A stretch of DNA of 64,000 nucleotides, from contig JASFYI010000002.1 of assembly GCA_030055515.1 (NCBI GenBank), forward strand, positions 63,290 to 127,289, read 5' to 3'. A model generated the notes under the pieces. The model saw nothing but the letters and a program-made list of their open reading frames with translations. It searched no databases and was not told the DNA's origin. Shown piece after piece: positions 17,424 to 24,382 of this stretch (positions are counted from its first letter, which is position 1; each line of letters opens with the position of its first letter). Source of the stretch: Methanolinea sp. Lineage in GTDB: Archaea > Halobacteriota > Methanomicrobia > Methanomicrobiales > Methanospirillaceae. Position numbers and translations under genes: made by a program.

Positions 17424-17987
17424 TCACGCAGTGAATATCTCCGCGAGCTCGTAGTGGTGGTAGTCCCTCGCGGGGAACGGCTGCGTCGCGAACTTCCACG
17501 TCTTCTGGGGGGCAAGGGAGTTCACGCTCGCGTAGGTGTTCCCGACGAGCTGGCCGTTCGCGTTGTAGAGGTTGAACTGGACGGTGATATGTCCGATCGT
17601 GGCCGGCTCGTCGTTCTTTATCTTCCCCGCGAGGATCTTCTCCCCGTCCCCGACCGTCTCCTCCCGCACCTCGATGATCGAGATCCGGGTGCGTGGTGAT
17701 GGGCGGGTGAGGACGTACCCGTAAGGTGTCGCCACGAGGTGACGGGGAGCCTCTTCCCCGGCCCCGTAACCGGTCTCCACGAGGGGGACGGTTCGCCCGG
17801 AATCGGCCTGCGGGGGAGTCGTCGGCGCGGGCGACGGGATGCCGGGCGGCGGGGGCTCGGGAACGAGGTCCCTTGCCGATATGCACCCCGAAAGAGCGGC
17901 GGCCGCGAAAAGGATGAGCACGGTCACCGCGAGCGTTCCCATCCCCGGCGTCCCGGTGCGATTTCCCATGGAATATCTCCTCACCAT
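17424..17987 (-). CDS. FxLYD-domain lipoprotein
   Basis: 187 aa. Signal peptide plus lipobox AALSGC, Pro-rich linker, and a C-terminal beta-rich domain with FNLYNANG (FxLYD motif). Internal ATGs at 17969 and 17942 are alternative starts. Confidence 0.7.
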   Translation of the reverse strand: MVRRYSMGNRTGTPGMGTLAVTVLILFAAAALSGCISARDLVPEPPPPGIPSPAPTTPPQADSGRTVPLVETGYGAGEEAPRHLVATPYGYVLTRPSPRTRISIIEVREETVGDGEKILAGKIKNDEPATIGHITVQFNLYNANGQLVGNTYASVNSLAPQKTWKFATQPFPARDYHHYELAEIFTA

Positions 17988-18002
17988 GGATCTGGCTGGG
18001 GG

Positions 18003-18014
18003 ATATATATAAAC
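18003..18014. promoter_or_regulatory. TATA-rich element (ATATATATAAAC) in a divergent spacer
   Basis: 16-27 nt upstream of the FxLYD gene start (17987, minus) and about 80 nt upstream of the AhpD-like gene. Near-palindromic, so it could act in either direction. Confidence 0.35.
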
Positions 18015-18090
18015 TCGGCCGCATTGCGGGGGGACCCCCGCGGGTCCCCGGGAGCGGGACGCGCACCCTTAAAGTAGGGCCCGGGCGGAT

Positions 18091-18564
18091 ATGTATCCCG
18101 GGCGAGCCATGACACGCGATGACCTTTTCGTATTCGAGCAGACACTGAAGGAGATCGTCTCGCGGGGCGGGGAAGAGACGGCACGCGAGTGGATGGAGAA
18201 CATCGAGGCGGAGTACGGCCACGCCCCCCTCATATTCAAGCGGATGGCCGAGAGGCCCGAGGTCCTCATCTCGCACCTCCTCTACAAGGGAGCCGTGACG
18301 CGGACGAGCTCGCTCGACCCGAAATACGTCGAGCTGATCAGCATGGCCGTCGGCGCGGCGCTGCGGTGCCGGCACTGCACGAGCTACCACATGCAGGCAG
18401 CCGCGAAGAAGGGTGCGACGCGCGAGGAGATCCTCGAGGTCATCCTCCTCGCGGGGCTCATCTCGAACTCTTCCGTCCTCGCGAACGCGTACAGGATCTT
18501 CGACGAGAAGATGGCGGGATGCCTCCCGTGCCACTCGGAGGGGATCGAGGAGCGCGGTCGCTAG
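18091..18564 (+). CDS. Carboxymuconolactone decarboxylase / AhpD-like family protein
   Basis: 157 aa. LDPKYVELISMAVGAALRCRHCTSYH carries the AhpD-type CxxC in the expected helix context. Confidence 0.8.
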   Translation: MYPGRAMTRDDLFVFEQTLKEIVSRGGEETAREWMENIEAEYGHAPLIFKRMAERPEVLISHLLYKGAVTRTSSLDPKYVELISMAVGAALRCRHCTSYHMQAAAKKGATREEILEVILLAGLISNSSVLANAYRIFDEKMAGCLPCHSEGIEERGR

Positions 18565-20383
18565 GCTCCCGCGCCAAAAACCTCTCTTTCCCGTTCCCGG
18601 CCACGAGGCACTTCTCGCTTTGCCCTACGAGGTCTCCCCTCCCGGCCGCGAGGAGGGCCTCCCGGACGAGCGCCCTGTTCCTTGGGTCCCAGTACTGGAG
18701 GAGGGCCCTCTGGATCCTCTTCTCCCTCCCGCGGGGAACGTGGACAGGCTCCATCGTGAACGGGTCGAGACCCGTGTGGTACATGCACGTGGAGACCGTC
18801 ATCGGCGTCGGTGTGAAGTCCTGGACCTGCTCGACCCGGATGCGGTGGTCCCGCGCGAACTCCGCGAGGGCGATCATGTCGGCGACGGTGCAGCCGGGGT
18901 GTCCCGACATGAAGTAGGGGAGGATGTAGCTCTTCTTCCCCTTCCCCTCCTGCAGTCTCCCGAATTCCCCGCAGAACTCGAGGAACACGCCGATGCCGGG
19001 CTTCCCCATGAGGGAGAGCACGCGCGGCGAGACGTGCTCGGGGGCCACCTTGAGATGCCCCGGGACGTGGTACTCGCAGAGGTCCCGGAGGATGGAGTAC
19101 CCGTCCGCGGCGAGGAGGTCGTGGCGGACCCCGGAGCTCACGAGGACCTTCCTCACCCCGGGGACCGCCGAGAGCCGGGAGAGGAGTTGCCGGAACGGCG
19201 CGTGCGAGGTGTGCAGGCGCGGGCAGGCGGGCGTGCACCTCCTCTCCGCGCAGGTCCCTTCTTTCTCCCACCTGTCGCACCTCATCCCGTACATGTTCGC
19301 GGTCGGTCCGCCCACGTCGGAGATCACCCCTGAGAAACCGCGGAGAGAGGCGAGGCGGCTTGCTTCCCGGACGAGCGACTCGATGCTCCTGCTCTGGATG
19401 ATCCGCCCCTGGTGGTGCGCGATCGCGCAGAACGAGCAGCCGCCGAAGCATCCCCGGTGGCTGACGAGCGAGAAACGGACAGGCTCGAGCGCGGGGATGG
19501 GGAGGTCGTAGGAGGGGTGGGCCTCCCTCGCGAACGGGAGCTCGTAGATCGCGTCGAGGGCCTGCGGGGAGAGCGGCTTTGCGGGGGGATTCTGGACGAT
19601 CACGCACTTAGGGTGCCTCTGGGCGACGGGCCTCCCGCGGAACGGGTCCTGTTCCCCGTAGTGGACGGCAAACGCGCGCGCGTACTCGCGGGGATCCTCC
19701 GCGACGACGGTGTACGGGGGGATCTCCACGAGGCCGGGATACCTCTCCTCCTCGAATTCCGCGGGGGAGACTTTCTCGACCGTCCCGGGAATCGGGCGGC
19801 CATCGCCGGGGAGGAGCCCTGCGGAGATCCTCCTTGCGATCTCCACGACCTGCGCCTCCCCCATCCCGAAGACGAGGATGTCTGCGGGCGCGTCCGCGAG
19901 CACCGACTGGCGGACCCTGTCCGACCAGTAGTCGTAGTGGGCAAACCGCCGCAGCGACGCTTCTATCCCCCCGAGGACGACCGGGACCTCCGGGAAGAGC
20001 GCGTGGAGCTTGTCCGCGTACACGAGTGCCGCACGGTCTGGCCGCGACGGTCTCCCCCCGGGGGAATACACGTCCGTCGAGCGCCTCTTCTTCGCCGGGG
20101 TGTAGTTGTTCACCATGGAATCGCAGGCGCCGGGCGCGACCGCGAAGAAGAGGCGGGGGGTACCGAGGGCGAGGAAGTCCGTGCTCCCCCGCCAGTCCGG
20201 CTGGGGGATGATCCCCACGGAGAACCCCGCGTCCCAGAGGACGCGGCCGATGACCGCCGCGGGGAAGGAGGGGTGGTCGACGTAGGCATCGCCGCTCACG
20301 ATGACGACGTCGAACTCGTCGATGCCGAGTCTTCTTGCCTCCTCCATGCTGACGGGGAGGAAACGCGGCTGTTTCTTCCTCAC
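18458..20383 (-). CDS. YgiQ-family radical SAM protein (UPF0313)
   Basis: 641 aa. N-terminal FDVVIVSGDAYVDHPSF, radical SAM cluster motif HRGCFGGCSFCAI, conserved GHLKVAPEH. The basic C-terminal tail overlaps the convergent AhpD-like gene by 107 nt. Confidence 0.9.
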   Translation of the reverse strand: MRKKQPRFLPVSMEEARRLGIDEFDVVIVSGDAYVDHPSFPAAVIGRVLWDAGFSVGIIPQPDWRGSTDFLALGTPRLFFAVAPGACDSMVNNYTPAKKRRSTDVYSPGGRPSRPDRAALVYADKLHALFPEVPVVLGGIEASLRRFAHYDYWSDRVRQSVLADAPADILVFGMGEAQVVEIARRISAGLLPGDGRPIPGTVEKVSPAEFEEERYPGLVEIPPYTVVAEDPREYARAFAVHYGEQDPFRGRPVAQRHPKCVIVQNPPAKPLSPQALDAIYELPFAREAHPSYDLPIPALEPVRFSLVSHRGCFGGCSFCAIAHHQGRIIQSRSIESLVREASRLASLRGFSGVISDVGGPTANMYGMRCDRWEKEGTCAERRCTPACPRLHTSHAPFRQLLSRLSAVPGVRKVLVSSGVRHDLLAADGYSILRDLCEYHVPGHLKVAPEHVSPRVLSLMGKPGIGVFLEFCGEFGRLQEGKGKKSYILPYFMSGHPGCTVADMIALAEFARDHRIRVEQVQDFTPTPMTVSTCMYHTGLDPFTMEPVHVPRGREKRIQRALLQYWDPRNRALVREALLAAGRGDLVGQSEKCLVAGNGKERFLAREPSDRAPRSPPSGTGGIPPSSRRRSCTRSRGRKSSR

Positions 20384-20387
20384 CCTA

Positions 20388-20840
20388 TCACCCGGGCCCT
20401 CCCGGGACGTGGCGGGGGAGGGAGAGCCCGGTGAGGGGATCGGGGACCCTTTCCGTCTCGATCCCCGCGACCTCGAGTATCACCGCCTCGACGACGACGT
20501 ACACCTCGGCCGCGTCCCTCACGCACCCTGTCACCGCGCGCGTGCCCCGCCCGGCCCCCGCGTGGAGGTGGACGCGGGGTCTCCCCCCTTCCCACGAGAT
20601 GGTCCCAAAGCCGACGATCTCCCAGCCGTCTCCGATCTCCTCGCGGTGGGGGACCGGCGGGAGGACCGGTTCCTCGGGCCCGGTCACGAGGCGGGCAGAA
20701 CGGACTGCACCGAGGACGTGGACGAGGCCGCTGCGGATCTCCTTCTCTGCGATGCACGCTTCCAGCGCCGCGAGCAGGTCCTCGCCGTGGTCGACGCGGA
20801 GGAGGAAGACGCGCCCGACCCGGCCCTCAGCGATCTGCAC
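20388..20840 (-). CDS. PPC (DUF296) domain protein
   Basis: 150 aa. GRVFLLRVDHGEDLLAALEACIAEKEIRSGLVHVLGAV...HLHAG pattern typical of PPC/DUF296. It ends 4 nt before the YgiQ start. Confidence 0.75.
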   Translation of the reverse strand: MQIAEGRVGRVFLLRVDHGEDLLAALEACIAEKEIRSGLVHVLGAVRSARLVTGPEEPVLPPVPHREEIGDGWEIVGFGTISWEGGRPRVHLHAGAGRGTRAVTGCVRDAAEVYVVVEAVILEVAGIETERVPDPLTGLSLPRHVPGGPG

Positions 20841-20873
20841 GCGAATCCCTCCCGCGGCAGGTGGGGGGCACGG

Positions 20874-22697
20874 TCACCTCCCCCCCACGCCCCCGCCGCC
20901 GAAACCTCCTCCCCCGCCGAACGACCCGCCGCCGAAACCGCCGGCGCCCCCACCCCTCGAAGGAGGAGAGAACGCGAGCACGGGGACGAACGCCGCGGAT
21001 AGGCCGCTCGCGAGCGGGACGCCTGCCTCGGGGAGAGGGACGTGCAGTTCCCTCATGGCCCGCTCGACCCTGTCCCCGACGCCGAGCGCGGTGCCGTACA
21101 CGAGCCACTCCCCCCACATGGAGAGGTCCGCGGGGGCGTACTGCCTGATGAGGGCAAGGTCGGAGAGGAACCGCGCGAATGCATCCCACTCGAGCTTCTC
21201 CCTGTACCTGTCGTCCTTCCAGTGTCCAAAGAGGGTGGAGGGGAACGCGAGTGCGATCCCCGCCTGCACGACCGAGGCCCCGAAGAGGACCGCGGCCGGG
21301 ACGAGGAGGTGGGCGAGGACGGGCACGGCGACGAGGACAACGACCGAGACCGCGCAGAGCGCGATCGCGACGAGGAGGAGGGGGATGACGTGGTCCCTCC
21401 CGTCGACGACGTACGCCGCGATGAGGCGGGGGTCGGTCTTCCGCGTCACCATCGTGAGGTCGCGCTGGTACTTGAGGAGGAGCTTCTCGACCGATGGGTC
21501 CCTCGTCGCCCTCCCCGCAAGCTCCCGCACGAATTCCGTGTCCACCTTCCCACCCACCCCGACCTCCTTGAGGAACGAGAGAACCTTCTGCTCGTACTCG
21601 TCGGCACCGGCCTTCGAGTGCACCGAGATCTCGATGTCCTTCCCGCCCGGTTTCTCCTTTACCGTGATGAACCCTCTCCTGTGGAGGTCGAGGAGTGTCG
21701 CGTAGAACCCGTCCTGGTCGAACGTCATGGGGTCCCCCTTGAAGAGGAGGTTGACTGCCCACGGTTTCATCCCCGGGTTCGGCGTGAAGCTCAGGTACTC
21801 CGGGACAGTGAACTCTCTCTCCCTCCCGTACCGGGCGTAGAGGAGGACGAGGACGACCGGCATCGCGACGACCGAAAGTACGCTCAGCGCGCGCAGCGTG
21901 GTTGCCGCGAGGAGGGGAATGATATCATAGGCAGGGTTTGCTGCCCGGATCTTCCCCGCGACGTCGTCCACAGGCACGGGAAAGCCGGGGATCCCGCCCA
22001 TCTCCCCCGCCGGGAAGAGGACCTCTATCCCGAGGACCTCGTCGCCCGCGACGCTCCCCGCGACGACGACTGCCCCGCCATCCCGGGAGACGGACAGCCC
22101 CGGCGGGTGGGGGAAGACCTCGCGCGCGTACCGGGCGGGGACCCGGACCTCGACGTTGCGGAACGGGACGTGGCGGTCGACGAGGCGGAGGTTCAGGTGG
22201 GCATCGCGCGCGTCATGCTCCACGGGCGGGCTGAGGACGTACCGGTAAGTGACGGTGTAGGTCCCCCGCGGGAAGTAGGAAGGGTTGTAGATCCCCACCT
22301 CGTTCCGTTCTGCCCTCTCCCCGACGAACATCGCGTGGGCAGGGTTCCCGGAGCCGTGGAGGGTTACCTCCCCGAGCCTGTCCTTCACGTACCCCACGGT
22401 CCCGGCGGGGACGTCCATCCCGGTGAGCCTCACGTGCGGCACATCGAGAGGCGCGGTGGAGAGGGGGGCGTCCCAGTAACGGTAGAGCATCCGGTACTTC
22501 CCGCCCGCCTTCACCTCGTACGAGAAGACCTCGACGAAGGTTCCGTCCTCGTGGAGTGTCGCCCGGTAATCCGCGACCACGAGGTCCCCCTCGAGGAGGG
22601 CCGGGACGAGGAGCGAGATCCCGATTGCCACGCCGCCCACGACGGCTGCGATGGCCACGAGGAGGGCGAGGTCCCTCTTCTCGCTGTCGAGCACCAT
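20874..22697 (-). CDS. DUF2207-family membrane protein with Gly-rich C-terminal tail
   Basis: 607 aa. N-terminal TM, large extracytoplasmic domain, three central TMs, and the tail GGGAGGFGGGSFGGGGGFGGGGVGGR characteristic of DUF2207 proteins. It follows LemA by 12 nt. Confidence 0.8.
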   Translation of the reverse strand: MVLDSEKRDLALLVAIAAVVGGVAIGISLLVPALLEGDLVVADYRATLHEDGTFVEVFSYEVKAGGKYRMLYRYWDAPLSTAPLDVPHVRLTGMDVPAGTVGYVKDRLGEVTLHGSGNPAHAMFVGERAERNEVGIYNPSYFPRGTYTVTYRYVLSPPVEHDARDAHLNLRLVDRHVPFRNVEVRVPARYAREVFPHPPGLSVSRDGGAVVVAGSVAGDEVLGIEVLFPAGEMGGIPGFPVPVDDVAGKIRAANPAYDIIPLLAATTLRALSVLSVVAMPVVLVLLYARYGREREFTVPEYLSFTPNPGMKPWAVNLLFKGDPMTFDQDGFYATLLDLHRRGFITVKEKPGGKDIEISVHSKAGADEYEQKVLSFLKEVGVGGKVDTEFVRELAGRATRDPSVEKLLLKYQRDLTMVTRKTDPRLIAAYVVDGRDHVIPLLLVAIALCAVSVVVLVAVPVLAHLLVPAAVLFGASVVQAGIALAFPSTLFGHWKDDRYREKLEWDAFARFLSDLALIRQYAPADLSMWGEWLVYGTALGVGDRVERAMRELHVPLPEAGVPLASGLSAAFVPVLAFSPPSRGGGAGGFGGGSFGGGGGFGGGGVGGR

Positions 22698-22709
22698 TGG
22701 TCGGGTCGG

Positions 22710-23309
22710 CTAGAACGCGATCCTCGGGGGGGTCTGGATCGCTTCCTCGAACTCGAGGTACTCGAGTTTCTGCAGGCCGAGGATGCGGGCGACGATGTTT
22801 GACGGGATGACGTCGCGGAGGGTGTTGTACTGCTGGGAGATGTTGTTGTAGGTGTACCTCTGCCGCGCGATTTCGTCCTCGACGCCCCTCACGGCCTCCA
22901 TCAGGTTCATGACCGTGCTGTTCGTCTTGAGGTCGGGGTAGTTCTCGGCCACGGCAAAGAGCCTCCCGAGGAGCGACCGGGACTCCCTCTCGATCTGGTT
23001 GAGGTCTCCCGGCCCGGCCGTGCCGACGCTCGCCCGCATCGCCGTGACCTTCTCGAATGTCTCCCGCTCGAACGCCGCGTAGCTCTTAACCGCGCCGAGG
23101 AGCTGCTCGATCATGTCGAGACGTTTCTTCATCGCGACGCGTATCTGGCCGAGCGTGGCCTCCGAGGCGTTCTTCAGGGAGAAGAACCTGTTGTAGATCC
23201 CGACGAAGTAGAGGATGATTCCCACCACGACGAGGATTGCGACGAGCGCGATGATCCATGGGATGAGAGCGCCGAGTAGCATACCACACCTTTCGCCCCG
23301 CCGCATCAT
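22710..23309 (-). CDS. lemA: LemA-family protein
   Basis: Tail of the 470-aa track ORF. Single N-terminal TM, then YNRFFSLKNASEATLGQIRVAMKKRLDMIEQLL...AVAENYPDLK...RQRYTYN, classic LemA. ATG 23309 is preceded by GGAGGGGAGG; ATG 23282 is an alternative. Confidence 0.85.
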   Translation of the reverse strand: MMRRGERCGMLLGALIPWIIALVAILVVVGIILYFVGIYNRFFSLKNASEATLGQIRVAMKKRLDMIEQLLGAVKSYAAFERETFEKVTAMRASVGTAGPGDLNQIERESRSLLGRLFAVAENYPDLKTNSTVMNLMEAVRGVEDEIARQRYTYNNISQQYNTLRDVIPSNIVARILGLQKLEYLEFEEAIQTPPRIAF

Positions 23310-23389
23310 TAACCTCCCCTCCGGGGCGGCCGCAGGGCGAGGGGAATCGAGAATGGCGCCCGGGAGGAGAATGGGGGACGCGCCCCCGG

Positions 23390-24352
23390 TCACTCCGGGA
23401 CGATCCTCCCCACCACGCGGAGCTTGCCCCCCTCGAGGTAGTGGATGAGGACCGGGGACCCGGGGGGGTAGACGAGGTCCCTTTCCGACCGGAACGTCAC
23501 CTCGGGTCTCCTCCAGTCCCCGCTGTTGTTCACGTACGCGACCCTCGCGGGGACGAACTGCATCCAGTGGCCGAGGTGGACGACCATCTGCTCCCTCAGC
23601 GGGGCGGGCCAGTAGCGGACGAGTTCTGCCCTCCCGTGGTGGATCCCCGAGACCACGAGGGAGGGATCGTTCGAGAGGACGTCGCCGCGGTCGATTCCGT
23701 CCGCCTCGATGCCCTTGAGGGCGAGTCCGACCCTGTCCCCCGCGGACGCGGAAGGCACGTCGTCGTCGTGCTTCTGGATGGAGCGGACGTGCGCGGCCCT
23801 GTTTGCCGGGAGCACCCGGAGCTCGTCGTGGACCCTGACAGTACCCCTCGCGACGGTGCCGAGCACGACGGTTCCCACCCCTTTCACGGGGAAGCAGTGG
23901 TCGACCGGGACCGCCCCGTGCTTCCCTTCCCCGCCGGGGGCCCCCCTCGCGCCCGCGATCTCGAGGAAGGTCTCCCGGAGGAGGTTGTGGTCGTCGGGCT
24001 GGAGCGCGTAGTTCCCGACCACCGTGTCCCTGACGAGGGGGACGACCTGGTCCGGCGAGAGGTAATTCCGCAGGACGAGGACCCCCTCGCGCACGCCCGC
24101 GGCATGGAGCATGAGGACGCACTCCCCGAACGCGGGGGTGATCTCGTCGACGACGAGCAGGGCCATGTCCGCCATCGAGACAGCGTAGAAGAGCGACGAG
24201 ATCCTCTCCGGGTACCTGCTCGGCTCGACGTAGGTGACCGTTGTCTGGTCGCGCTTCTGGTTGTAGAAGGTGATGTCGGATACCGTGCCCTTCTTCCCGA
24301 GGTGACCGGCGTACCCGGCAGGACCGATGACCGCGACGGTGAGGTTCGGCAT
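23390..24352 (-). CDS. EF-Tu/EF-1A-like protein with degenerate GTPase motifs (EF-Tu domain 2 intact)
   Basis: 320 aa. VAVIGPAGYAGHLGKKGT replaces the G1 P-loop and no NKxD is seen. The beta-barrel domain II signature is clear: PVKGVGTVVLGTVARGTVRVHDELRVLP...GDRVGLALKGI...RGDVL. Confidence 0.75.
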   Translation of the reverse strand: MPNLTVAVIGPAGYAGHLGKKGTVSDITFYNQKRDQTTVTYVEPSRYPERISSLFYAVSMADMALLVVDEITPAFGECVLMLHAAGVREGVLVLRNYLSPDQVVPLVRDTVVGNYALQPDDHNLLRETFLEIAGARGAPGGEGKHGAVPVDHCFPVKGVGTVVLGTVARGTVRVHDELRVLPANRAAHVRSIQKHDDDVPSASAGDRVGLALKGIEADGIDRGDVLSNDPSLVVSGIHHGRAELVRYWPAPLREQMVVHLGHWMQFVPARVAYVNNSGDWRRPEVTFRSERDLVYPPGSPVLIHYLEGGKLRVVGRIVPE

Positions 24353-24382
24353 GTGCGATACACTATGGAGGGGGAGACGACA

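Noticed and set aside
18030-18049. GC hairpin GGGGACCC-CCGC-GGGTCCCC in the FxLYD/AhpD-like spacer as a regulatory element
   Set aside because: It is a short 8-bp stem in very GC-rich sequence, where such stems arise readily. There is no second copy or associated motif, so the evidence is insufficient.
23390-24352. EF-Tu-like gene as selenocysteine elongation factor SelB
   Set aside because: The G motifs are degenerate and the C-terminal SECIS-related extension is absent. No in-frame TGA genes or Sec machinery were seen in the window, and Methanomicrobiales-type methanogens are not known Sec users.
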